Below, one piece after another: positions 40,165-51,442 of a stretch of DNA of 64,000 nucleotides. A model generated the notes under the pieces. It had not been told where the DNA came from. It saw nothing but the letters and a program-made list of their open reading frames with translations, and made no database searches. Position numbers and translations under genes: made by a program. The stretch covers positions 645,608 to 709,607 of the forward strand of contig CAUJCN010000002.1 in assembly GCA_963169855.1 (NCBI GenBank), written 5' to 3'. Source of the stretch: Patescibacteria group bacterium. GTDB taxonomy: Bacteria; Patescibacteriota; Dojkabacteria; J137. The first letter of the stretch is position 1. Each line of letters opens with the position of its first letter.

Positions 40165-40728
40165 TTAGTCTTCTTTTCCGTCTAAGTAACCTTTGTATTC
40201 TCTATCTTTCTTAATCATAGCTTCTAAAGCTGTTCTTACTAATTGAGCTTTGTGAGTTCTTTTTACTTTTGAAGCCCAGTTTAAATATCTATCCATTTCT
40301 GGAGAAATAATCAAAATGAATTTAGAGTCTAATCTTCCGATAGCTTCTTTTACAGCTTCGTTGATTGTATCTACAACGTTTTTAGAGTTGTATGTGTACT
40401 GAACTAACTGTTTGCTGTTGTTTCCGTGAATTACTGCAAATTTATTAGAACTTTTGTCATCTTCCATGGTTATAACAACTTTTTTCTCTTCTAATGCTCT
40501 AGCGATCTGATAACCAATGTTTGCGTCTGAATCTGAAATTTCAGCAATTAAAATGTCTGTGTCTTTGATATTTTTATCTAGAGAAGCGAATGTTTTTGTT
40601 AGTGATTTTGAATCAATTTTTACTTCATTTACATTGTGTCCCTGCTTCTTTAGCTCTTTAATACCTTCACTGAAAATCTTTAGATTTTTGTCAGAAATTG
40701 CAGGTGAGTTAATTACTAATACTTTCAT
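40165..40728 (-). CDS. CopG/RHH regulator with N-terminal nucleoside-2-deoxyribosyltransferase-like (flavodoxin-fold) domain; paralog of the gene at 30765
   Basis: C-terminal FILIISPEMDRYLNWASKVKRTHKAQLVRTALEAMI (RHH consensus); N-terminal SDSDANIGYQIARALEEKKVVIT resembles the NDT-like D..G..E.G.A.A..K.V motif. Start taken at internal ATG (MKVLVINSP). Confidence 0.5.
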   Translation of the reverse strand: MKVLVINSPAISDKNLKIFSEGIKELKKQGHNVNEVKIDSKSLTKTFASLDKNIKDTDILIAEISDSDANIGYQIARALEEKKVVITMEDDKSSNKFAVIHGNNSKQLVQYTYNSKNVVDTINEAVKEAIGRLDSKFILIISPEMDRYLNWASKVKRTHKAQLVRTALEAMIKKDREYKGYLDGKED

Positions 40729-40854
40729 ACTGAATACTTGTTTGAACTTGAAATATAGATCGAGTATATCACTGGATTCCTGTTTAGGCAATAAATCTTT
40801 CCAAATTATTCTGACATTTTTCAAGACCCGCTTAATAATGTATTATATGAAGGT

Positions 40855-42066
40855 ATGATTTTTACACGAAAAAAAGGAAAAAACACAAAAGGCGCTACTA
40901 CTTTTCTTGCTATAGATATCGGAACAGAGTTCCTAAAAGTAGCATTATGTTCTCCAACAGACGACGGAATTGACGTTGTTGGGTATGTTCGATTACCTCA
41001 AAATCAAAGCAGTATGTACGCTGCATTTATTGTTGATGTAGAAGACGTAACAGAGCAGATAGATAAGGCGATTGGGGAAGTGATTCTTCAATCTCAGAAT
41101 CTTTTCGGAGACTCTTATGGAATTCCAAAAGAAGCTATTATCGGAATCGCTGGGGAATTAGTAAGTGGAATCAGTATGGTTGTAAACCTCGAAAGAGATA
41201 AACCAAAGGTAAAGATTACAGGAGCTGAGATCGAAAAAATTATTGAAAACGTAAAGAAGCAGACTTTCGATAAAGCAAAGGAAGAAATCGCAGAAGAATT
41301 AGCAGTTTCTCCAAAGCAATTGGTAGAAATTGAAACTTTCTTAAACAGTGCCTACATCGATGGAACTAGAGTAGTAGATCCAATTGGATACACAGGACAA
41401 GAACTTTCTTATAGAGTATTTACAACATTTGCTCCAGGAGTTCATTTAGATAGTCTTAATCAAATATCAGAAAAGATTAATCTAAAAGTGAATGGAATTA
41501 TCGTAGAACCTTATGCAGTTGCAATGAGCTTGAGATCCTTAAGATCAAGTGATGCAGGAGGAATCATTATTGATATTGGAGGAGGAACAACAGACGTTGC
41601 AATTATTAAATCTGGAGATGTTATTGGAACTAAAATGTTCGCAATTGGAGGAAGAGTTTTTACAAAAAGAATTCAAAATGGAATGGGCTATGACTACGAA
41701 ACTGCAGAAAAAGCAAAGCTAGATTATTCAGATAATAGACTTAAAGAACAAGAGCGAATGGAGATAAAAAGACTTATCGAAAAAGATATCGGAATTTGGG
41801 CTGAAGGTTTAGAAATCACTTTATCTGACTTTCAGGATGTGGGAGAATATCCTTACAATATTTATCTTTGCGGTGGAGGAGCATTACTTCCAGAGATTCA
41901 GGAAGCTATCATTTCTTACCCATGGATGAAGTATTTAAACTTTAAAAAGCATCCTAAAGTAAACTTTATCTTCCCAAATAGTGTAGATGGAGTTACCGAT
42001 AGAACAAAGTCTGCAACACTTCCAATAGATGTTGCAGTGTTGTCTCTAGCAAGAATGTATAAGTAA
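40855..42066 (+). CDS. actin-like ATPase of the FtsA/PilM family
   Basis: Phosphate-1 AIDIGTEFLKVAL, phosphate-2 IIIDIGGGTTDVAII; 403 aa. Confidence 0.65.
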   Translation: MIFTRKKGKNTKGATTFLAIDIGTEFLKVALCSPTDDGIDVVGYVRLPQNQSSMYAAFIVDVEDVTEQIDKAIGEVILQSQNLFGDSYGIPKEAIIGIAGELVSGISMVVNLERDKPKVKITGAEIEKIIENVKKQTFDKAKEEIAEELAVSPKQLVEIETFLNSAYIDGTRVVDPIGYTGQELSYRVFTTFAPGVHLDSLNQISEKINLKVNGIIVEPYAVAMSLRSLRSSDAGGIIIDIGGGTTDVAIIKSGDVIGTKMFAIGGRVFTKRIQNGMGYDYETAEKAKLDYSDNRLKEQERMEIKRLIEKDIGIWAEGLEITLSDFQDVGEYPYNIYLCGGGALLPEIQEAIISYPWMKYLNFKKHPKVNFIFPNSVDGVTDRTKSATLPIDVAVLSLARMYK

Positions 42067-42105
42067 AGTGTAAGTGTAAGTGTAAGTTCAAGTTTAAGTG
42101 TAAGC
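42064..42105 (+). repeat. hexanucleotide tandem repeat (AGTGTA)n, 3 perfect plus 4 degenerate units
   Basis: AAGTAA AGTGTA AGTGTA AGTGTA AGTTCA AGTTTA AGTGTA immediately after the stop of the FtsA-like gene. Confidence 0.6.
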
Positions 42106-42149
42106 TTTTGTAGAATTTAGCTATTGTGATTTCGAGCTTTTAAATATTT

Positions 42150-44132
42150 ATGTCAATTATAAACGCATCTAAAATTTTTACTGATCAGAACGAAGAGCTT
42201 ACTTTTATAGTAGAGAGAGTTCGAAACGCAGATAAAGATAAAGTTGCTGTTATTATCCCAGAAAATGCATTGGTTTTTAGTAGTCCTGTATCAATCAAAA
42301 TTCTCCAAAGAATGATGTACAAGGCGGACAAGTCTCCTATCATTGTTACTGAAGATTTATATGGGCAAAAATTCACTCAGAAGATAGGATTGGTAACTGT
42401 AGGTAAAACGAGCCAAATTACAGAAGAATTATGGGATATTGCCTTCAAAAGAAAAGTTAAATACAACAATAATCTTAGAGATTCGGATGGAGGAGAAATT
42501 CCAGCCGAACAAGTAGCAGCAGTTATTCCTGACTTACCTTCAGAAGTCGCTCCAGTAGAAATTGATGTTCCGCCGGAACCTTTAGTTCAAGCACCAATCG
42601 AAACATATCCAGAAGATACTCCAGCAGATGAGACTCAACCACAAGAATTGGAACCAATAGAACAGATAGACGAGGAAACAGCATCACTTTATAGAAAGCA
42701 AAGAGATAATCCAAAGGTCGTAACAGTAGGTGGAATAAGCGTTTACAGCGGAGGAGATGCAAAATTATTAAAGAGTCAGTTCAAAAATGTTAAAATCAGA
42801 ACTGTTAAAGATCAAGATATGGAAAGAACATTCGAACCGACAGCAGGAGCAAGCCGATTCACAGGTAAAGACTTTACAAAAGCTATAAGTCCAACAGGAA
42901 GAGTTTCAAACTTTTTCTCGAGACTTTTTGGAAGAAACAAACGAAAAGATTTAAATCCTGATTCTCCAAAGCGAAAATTAAGATCAAAAATTATTCTAGC
43001 TATTGTTGTAATAGCAGCACTAACAGCTGGTTACATGGTTTTATTCCAGTTCTCTAGCGTTGATATTAGAATTGTAGCAACCAAGCAAGATGTATCTGCA
43101 ACTTCTTCTGTAGTTTTAGATCCAACAGTAACAGAAATTGGTGAAGTAGGAGGAAAAATTACAATTCCAGGAAAAATTCTATCTCAGGAAGCATTTAGTG
43201 CATCTTGGACAGGAGAAGCTAATGGAGTAGGGAAGAAAGGAAACAAAGCTGGAGGAACAGTTACAGTTTTCAATAATTCTACAGCTCCAGTTTCTATCGC
43301 AGCTGGAACAAAAATTTTAAATAAAACTACTGGTAAATCTTACACAATTACAGAAGCTGTATCACTTGCAGCTGCAACTATCGACGATGTAGTTGAACCA
43401 GCTAAGAAAGAAAACGTTCCAATTTCGGCAATAGATTTTGGCCCAGAATACAATATAGATACTGCAACAACCCAAAATTATTCTATCGATGGATTAGATG
43501 ATGACGATGTTTTTGCTAGAAGTTTCAACAAAATTACAGGAGGAACAGTTCAAGAATTCGTTACTGTATCTCAAGAAAATATAGATAATTTGAAAAAGGC
43601 TAAAGAAGCAGAGTTCAAGACTCAGGCAGAAACAAAACTAAAAACTTTGATTCCTGGAGGCTCATTCCTGATCCCAGAAACAATAGTAATTGTAGAAACA
43701 AAAGTAACTACAGTTCCAAAGGTTGGGGAAGAAAGCTTAGACAAAACATTCGCTCTAACAATCGAAGCTAATGTTGTGGGGATTGTGATAAATAACAACG
43801 ACTTCAAAACTCTTGGAGAAATGCTAATTGCAGACTCTGGATCTTCTTCTGTGGTTAATCAATTAGACACTCCTCAGATCACGATGGTAACTAAAGGAGA
43901 AGGGGACATCTATACTCTTGATGTAACTACTCAAGGTTCTGTTGGCGAAAAATTAGAAATGGAAGAAATTGCTAGAGAAATTGCCGGAAATACAATTCCA
44001 AATGCTAAGAAATACTTAGAAGACTTAAGCGGAGTAGAAAGCTTCACTTTAAGATTTGGACCAGCATTTATTCCTGAATTCTTACAATTCGTACCTTCTT
44101 CGGTCGATAGAATCAGCATCAGAATTAACTAA
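42150..44132 (+). CDS. large hypothetical protein (660 aa) with acidic N-terminal region and one central TM
   Basis: ORF; TM ILAIVVIAALTAGYMVLF; no recognised domain. Confidence 0.4.
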   Translation: MSIINASKIFTDQNEELTFIVERVRNADKDKVAVIIPENALVFSSPVSIKILQRMMYKADKSPIIVTEDLYGQKFTQKIGLVTVGKTSQITEELWDIAFKRKVKYNNNLRDSDGGEIPAEQVAAVIPDLPSEVAPVEIDVPPEPLVQAPIETYPEDTPADETQPQELEPIEQIDEETASLYRKQRDNPKVVTVGGISVYSGGDAKLLKSQFKNVKIRTVKDQDMERTFEPTAGASRFTGKDFTKAISPTGRVSNFFSRLFGRNKRKDLNPDSPKRKLRSKIILAIVVIAALTAGYMVLFQFSSVDIRIVATKQDVSATSSVVLDPTVTEIGEVGGKITIPGKILSQEAFSASWTGEANGVGKKGNKAGGTVTVFNNSTAPVSIAAGTKILNKTTGKSYTITEAVSLAAATIDDVVEPAKKENVPISAIDFGPEYNIDTATTQNYSIDGLDDDDVFARSFNKITGGTVQEFVTVSQENIDNLKKAKEAEFKTQAETKLKTLIPGGSFLIPETIVIVETKVTTVPKVGEESLDKTFALTIEANVVGIVINNNDFKTLGEMLIADSGSSSVVNQLDTPQITMVTKGEGDIYTLDVTTQGSVGEKLEMEEIAREIAGNTIPNAKKYLEDLSGVESFTLRFGPAFIPEFLQFVPSSVDRISIRIN

Positions 44133-44273
44133 TCAGAAACTTTCTTGACATAGATTTTTCCTGCGAGGTATCATTCCTAGCAGGTTATTTATTCACCTGC
44201 TAAAATAGGGATAAGAATCAATGAGAATTTGATTTTTTATCTTTCATTTTTTTAATTTTTAGCTTTATTGTTT

Positions 44274-44579
44274 ATGGCAAAATCATTAAAGATCAAACCA
44301 ATCGGAGAATTCATTCTGGTTAAACCATCAAAAGAAGAAGAAACTACAGCTTCTGGACTTATTGTTCAATCAAGCGGAAAAGGAGAAAGACCACAAAAAG
44401 GTGAAATTGTTTCATTAGGAACAGGAAAATTAAGCGAAAAAGGAGAAAAAATTTCTTTCAATGTAAAAGAAGGTGATGTTGTTTATTTCAAAAAATATTC
44501 TCCAGAAGAAGTGGAAATCGACGGAGAACAATACTTAATCATGAAGGAAGCTGATATTTTAGCGATTTTAGCTGACTAG
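44274..44579 (+). CDS. groES: co-chaperonin GroES
   Basis: LKIKPIGEFILVKP...ASGLIV...GEIVSLGTG; ATG at 44274. Confidence 0.95.
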   Translation: MAKSLKIKPIGEFILVKPSKEEETTASGLIVQSSGKGERPQKGEIVSLGTGKLSEKGEKISFNVKEGDVVYFKKYSPEEVEIDGEQYLIMKEADILAILAD

Positions 44580-44593
44580 TTTTTCATCTTTAA

Positions 44594-46249
<1,656 letters not shown>

Positions 46250-46285
46250 GTTACTACGCCAAGGCTTCGTAACCTGACTAAGAAA

Positions 46286-46320
46286 AGATCCCGTCCGCCA
46301 TTGGCGGGCGGGATCTTTTG
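46286..46320 (+). terminator. rho-independent terminator after groEL
   Basis: GATCCCGTCCGCC-ATTG-GCGGGCGGGATC followed by TTTTG. Confidence 0.7.
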
Positions 46321-46432
46321 ATCTATAATTCGTTTTCACCTTTTGTTAACCCCGCATCTAGTGAGGGATCTTAATGATTTTGCTACCTCCGCAACAGGTG
46401 CGGGGTTGTAAGGATTTTGCTACAATAGGTGC

Positions 46433-46753
46433 ATGAAGAGATATCTAATCGATCCTATTTACTGGTATTTTGCCGTGTTCTTTAGAGATTTCGCTCAACG
46501 AAATTTTGTGAATCAGTACATTTTCTTTTTGAACAAGACGAACACAATTCCTATGGCAAAAAATCTTTTTGTTCCAATCTATAGAGACGAAAGTAGCATG
46601 GGGAAAGCAATCGGATTTATAATCAGATTTTTGTGGATTGGGTACGGAAGTGTAGTTTCATCAATAAAAATAATTCCATTTCTGTTATTTTCAGCTTTAG
46701 TTTTTGTACTTCCTATCGTGGGAGTTCTTTTGATTTTAAGTTCAATTTTCTAA
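46433..46753 (+). CDS. small hypothetical membrane protein (106 aa)
   Basis: ORF with C-terminal TM; stop overlaps start of the next gene (TAATG). Confidence 0.3.
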   Translation: MKRYLIDPIYWYFAVFFRDFAQRNFVNQYIFFLNKTNTIPMAKNLFVPIYRDESSMGKAIGFIIRFLWIGYGSVVSSIKIIPFLLFSALVFVLPIVGVLLILSSIF

Positions 46754-49302
46754 TGAGTAAGAATGTTAAGGTAGGACAATATTATCAGACGGACATTTTT
46801 TTTGATTTTAATCTGATAGACAACCAAACAGAGAGTTCTTTGGAGGAACTTGATTTCACTTTGGGTAGAGTATTCCGTTATCTTTCGATGATATTAGGTG
46901 CGATTTCGGCAGTAATACTTTTAGTGAATTACAGATTAAATGCCCTGTTGGCATTCAATCAGAATCCAGCATTCGCATTCTTCGTAGGAAGCGCAATGAT
47001 TCTTTATGTATATTCACTTTATTTACTTAGGGATAAAACTTACCTTCATAGAGGAAGAAGTCTTGTTAACGAGGATTTCAAAAACTTAAAATCTATTCAG
47101 TTTGATAAATATTTTGACTACAAGTCTGGAAAAATCTTAAGACTTTCGACAGAAAAAAAAGAATTATTCTTGGCGAATCTACTTAGAAATTTGGAAAACT
47201 ATTCAGATATTTCTTATGTTTTTGAACATAGAATAGGAATTAACTGGCAAGAATTTAAGCAGAAAGCAGATTTATACTTCTCTTCAATAGATATTACCTA
47301 CAGAGGAAATATTCTGAATTTTTTGAATGCGTTATTTCTTAATACTCTGTACTTTCAGCAAGATCAGGTCGATGTAGATATTCTTACAAATAGTTTCATT
47401 AAGTCTTTCTTAATTAAGCCATTGATGGAATTTGGAGTTACAGATGCAGATTTGGAAGGTTTAAAACTTTGGCAACAGAATGAAGTTCTTAAGAAAAATT
47501 ACCAAGAATCTTGGAAAACACTTTCGCAATTAAAACCGAAGGGAGACATAAATAGAAGTTTTACTTCGAGAGCAACACCAACTCTAGACGTTTACGGCGA
47601 AGATTTAACTCGAACATTTTCAGCAAAGAAATTCGAACTTTCTATTGGTAGAGAAGTAGAGATGAGAGAAATGGTGAGAATCTTACAAAAACCAGAAAAT
47701 TCAAATGTACTTTTGATCGGAGAACCTGGAACAGGAAAAACAAGATTCTTGCATCATCTAGCTACAAAAATGGTTGTGGAAGATATGCCAAAATCTCTTC
47801 AGGATTACAGATTAATCAAACTAGATTTAAACAAAGTATTTAATCAATCAAACGGTGCAGATCAATTCAAAGTTCTAATAGAGAAACTATTTAAAGATGT
47901 TCAGTTATCAGGAAACATCATTTTGGTTTTAGAAGAAATAACATTCATCTTAAATGTTAGAGAAGAAGCTAAAACAGAAATCGCTAATACATTGATTTCG
48001 TTAATCAAGAACTCTCAAATTAAAATCATTGCAACAACAAATCGAAATAATTACAACAAATTTGTTAAACCAAACAAGGCTTTAGAAAGTTTATTCGAAG
48101 TAGTGAATTTTCCAGAACCAAGTAGAATTGCTACAGTTCAGATTCTTTTAGATGAATCTTCGGAGCTGGAAAAGAAGTATGGAATTACAATTCAAGTAAA
48201 TGTAGTAAAGAGAATCGTTGAGTTCTCTCCAAGAATTGATTCAGACAGAGCGCTTCCTGATAAAGCAATTAATCTTTTACAAGAAGGAGTGATTTTAGCT
48301 CAGTCAAAAGGATTAAAATTTTTGAACGAATCTACGATTGATGAATTACTATCATCAAAAACAGGAGTGAAAGTTGGAGCGATTTCGGAATCTGAAATTG
48401 ATCGATTAAAGAAACTTGAAGAAGAAATGCATCAAAGAGTGGTTGGGCAGGAAGTTGCAGTTAGAAGTATTGCAATGGCAGTCAGAAGATCGAGAAGTGG
48501 ACTAAGTAGTGGTAGCAAGCCAACTGCTTCTTTCTTATTCTTTGGACCAACTGGAGTTGGAAAAACAGAAGCGGCAAAAACTCTTGCAGAAGTTTATTTT
48601 GGAAACGAAAATCTACTGATTCGAGTAGATATGTCGGAATACCAAGAAGAAGATAACCTAAAAAGACTTATCGGCTACATGGATGAAAAAGGGAACTATC
48701 AAGGAGGTTTCTTAACCGAAAAAGTTAGAGCTCGACCTTTCTCTTTGGTTCTATTGGACGAAATTGATAAGGCGAACAAAAAGGTTTTAGACCTTTTCCT
48801 TCAAGTTTTGGACGAAGGTTTCTTAACTGACGGAATGGGAAGAAAAACTGATTTCAAAAATACAATAATCATCATGACTAGCAACGCAGGTTCTGCAGAA
48901 ATTGCTAAATCAACTTCGGATGGCGAGGATTATAAAACTGTTTATGAAAAAGGATACGCAGCGTTAAGAGAATTCTTCAGGATAGAATTCCTAAATAGAT
49001 TCGACAAGATCATCATGTTCAAATCTCTAACTTTAATCGAAATCGAAAAGATAGTAGAGATAATGCTAAATTCATTACGAGAAAAACTTTTAACAAAGGG
49101 AATCAGTATGGTTTGGGATGCGAAGACTTTGGAAGAGTTAGCACAACTTGGATACAATCCAATTTTTGGAGCCAGAGAATTGAGAAGAGTGATTCAGGAA
49201 TCAATTGAAGATCAGGTAGCTCAAGGCATAACAGAAGGAACAGTTAAATCTGGAGACGATATCGTTTTCGAAGGTCTAACATTAAAAAACTCAGAAGATT
49301 AG
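46753..49302 (+). CDS. Clp/Hsp100-family double AAA+ ATPase with N-terminal membrane-anchored region instead of a Clp N-domain
   Basis: D1 Walker A LLIGEPGTGKTRF, D2 FFGPTGVGKTEAAKTLA, VGQEVAVRSIAMAVRRSRSGL, sensor LLDEIDKA...; about 270-aa N-terminal part with 2 predicted TM helices. Start moved to ATG 46753. Confidence 0.8.
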   Translation: MSKNVKVGQYYQTDIFFDFNLIDNQTESSLEELDFTLGRVFRYLSMILGAISAVILLVNYRLNALLAFNQNPAFAFFVGSAMILYVYSLYLLRDKTYLHRGRSLVNEDFKNLKSIQFDKYFDYKSGKILRLSTEKKELFLANLLRNLENYSDISYVFEHRIGINWQEFKQKADLYFSSIDITYRGNILNFLNALFLNTLYFQQDQVDVDILTNSFIKSFLIKPLMEFGVTDADLEGLKLWQQNEVLKKNYQESWKTLSQLKPKGDINRSFTSRATPTLDVYGEDLTRTFSAKKFELSIGREVEMREMVRILQKPENSNVLLIGEPGTGKTRFLHHLATKMVVEDMPKSLQDYRLIKLDLNKVFNQSNGADQFKVLIEKLFKDVQLSGNIILVLEEITFILNVREEAKTEIANTLISLIKNSQIKIIATTNRNNYNKFVKPNKALESLFEVVNFPEPSRIATVQILLDESSELEKKYGITIQVNVVKRIVEFSPRIDSDRALPDKAINLLQEGVILAQSKGLKFLNESTIDELLSSKTGVKVGAISESEIDRLKKLEEEMHQRVVGQEVAVRSIAMAVRRSRSGLSSGSKPTASFLFFGPTGVGKTEAAKTLAEVYFGNENLLIRVDMSEYQEEDNLKRLIGYMDEKGNYQGGFLTEKVRARPFSLVLLDEIDKANKKVLDLFLQVLDEGFLTDGMGRKTDFKNTIIIMTSNAGSAEIAKSTSDGEDYKTVYEKGYAALREFFRIEFLNRFDKIIMFKSLTLIEIEKIVEIMLNSLREKLLTKGISMVWDAKTLEELAQLGYNPIFGARELRRVIQESIEDQVAQGITEGTVKSGDDIVFEGLTLKNSED

Positions 49303-49435
49303 AAGGCTAAAAGATGAAAATTCCCAATCTGAAGTATTCAACTCACCGCACTTCGCCCATTGCTTACGACTCACAGCTCACAGCTCAATGCTCCAAGCTT
49401 GCACTTTAAACTTCACCCATATACAATAAGTTTAT

Positions 49436-49786
49436 ATGAAAAAATTCTATATCTTTTTAGCTACTTATTTAACAATCTTTACTTCTAAAGTTTCTGCTAC
49501 TGGAGGAGGCTTTGTTCAAATCCCCAACCCAACACCGATAGATTCATTAGAAGAGCTTGTTACAATGGTTGCAAGGCTTATTGTTCCTGTTTTCATTCTA
49601 ACTTTCTTGGCGATGTTACTGTACGGAGCTTTCGTTTACCTAACAGCTCAAGGTGATGATGCAAAAGTAGAAAAAGCAAAGAAAATAATAGTAACTGCAA
49701 TAATAGGATTTGTTTTAGCAGTTTTAGCTCCATCAATCGCAAACATAGTTGCTGGAATTCTTGGAGTAGAGGGTATCACTTTCTAA
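49436..49786 (+). CDS. VirB2/TrbC-like pilin paralog 1
   Basis: Signal peptide, TM1 (LIVPVFILTFLAMLLYGAFVYL), charged loop TAQGDDAKVEKAKK, TM2 (IIVTAIIGFVLAVLAPSIANIV). Confidence 0.55.
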   Translation: MKKFYIFLATYLTIFTSKVSATGGGFVQIPNPTPIDSLEELVTMVARLIVPVFILTFLAMLLYGAFVYLTAQGDDAKVEKAKKIIVTAIIGFVLAVLAPSIANIVAGILGVEGITF

Positions 49787-49788
49787 TT

Positions 49789-50418
49789 ATGAAAAATTTA
49801 CTGTTTTTAGTTATAGCCTTCATTTTTGTATTCCCTCTGTTTAGTCCAAGGGTAAATGCTCTTACTGCAGATCCAGATGTCTGTCTTCCACCACACGGAA
49901 TTCCATCTATGTGTCAGGATTCCTACACATTAGATAATAAATGTAATGTAGCAAGAATCATTAACCCAGAGGTTGATTGTTGTATTAACAAATGTACTAA
50001 CATTGATAATGGTTACGACCCAGATGCAGAATGTTCTGGTCCAGGAGATCCTGACTGCGATGTTACATCAGTACTTAATAGTCTAAATATTTTTGGAACT
50101 AAAATTCAGTACTCAAATGAAAAGATTCCATCTTTAGTTCAATTAGGTTTATCTGCATTTTTAGCAGTAGTTTCTTTTTACGCATTATTTAGAGGAATGT
50201 ATTTGTATTCAATCAAGAGAACTCAAACAACAGATGCTGCAGAAATAGGGAAGATCAACAAAGAATTTGGAAATATTATTATTGGATTTGTACTCGCATG
50301 GTCAGCAATCTTTATTGTAGAATTAGTAATGAGAATATTGGGTTTACCAACACTAACTCAAATTACATTAGAGCGAATCGACGATGGAAGTGCTTCAAAT
50401 GTAATTATTATTAAATAA
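49789..50418 (+). CDS. VirB2/TrbC-like pilin paralog 2 with Cys-rich extracellular N-domain
   Basis: Signal peptide; about 100-aa domain with 10+ Cys; TM1, loop TQTTDAAEIGKINKEFG, TM2. Confidence 0.5.
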   Translation: MKNLLFLVIAFIFVFPLFSPRVNALTADPDVCLPPHGIPSMCQDSYTLDNKCNVARIINPEVDCCINKCTNIDNGYDPDAECSGPGDPDCDVTSVLNSLNIFGTKIQYSNEKIPSLVQLGLSAFLAVVSFYALFRGMYLYSIKRTQTTDAAEIGKINKEFGNIIIGFVLAWSAIFIVELVMRILGLPTLTQITLERIDDGSASNVIIIK

Positions 50419-50419
50419 A

Positions 50420-50953
50420 ATGAAACTGAAAATATTTTTAACAACTGTAATTGGATCCCTAATGTTGAATGCAACTGTTCTTGCTCAAGGACTTGATCCA
50501 TTAGAGAATACAGGATTGGGTTTAGATGAAATCAAAATCCCGATATTTCCCGTCTTGTTCACAGATTTATCCAGATACAATACTGTTTTATCCTGGATAA
50601 CTTTTGCAGGAGGACTTCTTGTTTCTGGAATAATTATATTCTGGATTTACAGAATTATTCGATCTGGTTTAAAAGCGATGTCTGCGGAAGGAGATTCTGA
50701 GAAAATTGGTGTGGCTAGAAAAGAGTTGCAAGCTGCGCTAACTGGAATCGCATTTACATTTTTGGTTCCAATAGTTTTAAGTTTTGTTGGAATTATTTTT
50801 GGATTTGGAACAATGTTCGAATGGCCAAAGTCATTCTCAGGTTGCCAGGATACAAGTAAATATCAATATTATTTTCAGGCACTTGCTCAGGAGCCGAACG
50901 AAGAGGCAGCTGATCGAGAATGTAATCCTGATTTAGCAGATACAGATAGATAA
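50420..50953 (+). CDS. VirB2/TrbC-like pilin paralog 3
   Basis: Signal peptide; TM1 (LLVSGIIIFWIY), loop MSAEGDSEKIGVARKELQ, TM2. Confidence 0.5.
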   Translation: MKLKIFLTTVIGSLMLNATVLAQGLDPLENTGLGLDEIKIPIFPVLFTDLSRYNTVLSWITFAGGLLVSGIIIFWIYRIIRSGLKAMSAEGDSEKIGVARKELQAALTGIAFTFLVPIVLSFVGIIFGFGTMFEWPKSFSGCQDTSKYQYYFQALAQEPNEEAADRECNPDLADTDR

Positions 50954-50954
50954 T

Positions 50955-51308
50955 ATGGACTTATGTCAGTTTATTGGTTGTGATGTTGTTGGAGATGAGA
51001 ACTATCTCCTAAACTTTGGAAATATTATTCGAATGGGATTGAATATTATTTTCGGTGCCATTATTGTTTACGGAATTTTCATCATCATCAAAGCTGTTTA
51101 CAAAATTGTAGGAAGTGAAGGAGACGCGGGTAAAGTAGAGTCGGGACTAAACTCAATAAAAGGAGTGTACATAGGAATCGTTATGATTTTCGTGGGATTG
51201 ATTGGACTTGTTATTTTATTCGCATTGTTCAATATAACAGAACTTCCTGGAAATCCTGGACTACCAGGTTCAGACGAAGGTCCTGTAATCAACGACCCTT
51301 TCAACTAA
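50955..51308 (+). CDS. VirB2/TrbC-like pilin paralog 4
   Basis: TM1 (LNIIFGAIIVYGIFIIIKAV), loop GSEGDAGKVESGLNSIKG, TM2; G/P-rich tail. Confidence 0.55.
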   Translation: MDLCQFIGCDVVGDENYLLNFGNIIRMGLNIIFGAIIVYGIFIIIKAVYKIVGSEGDAGKVESGLNSIKGVYIGIVMIFVGLIGLVILFALFNITELPGNPGLPGSDEGPVINDPFN

Positions 51309-51442
51309 TATCCAACTTTAAACTTACAATCTTTATTCATATTCCTCTTGAATTTAGAAATTCGATATTAGAACTTACTTGTATCCTTGTATCTTCAGAT
51401 CTTTTCTTATAGAATGATGAAAATAGATATTAAAGATAATTT

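Noticed and set aside
46322-46432. 9-bp inverted repeat AACCCCGCA...TGCGGGGTT spaced about 46 nt apart, downstream of the groEL terminator
   Set aside because: Could be a regulatory hairpin or a REP-like element, but a single occurrence with no T-tract; insufficient evidence for a specific feature.
46633-46752. Upstream extension of the Clp-like ORF (MDWVRKCSF...)
   Set aside because: It overlaps the preceding small membrane-protein gene in another frame. ATG 46753 with a TAATG junction is the more plausible start.
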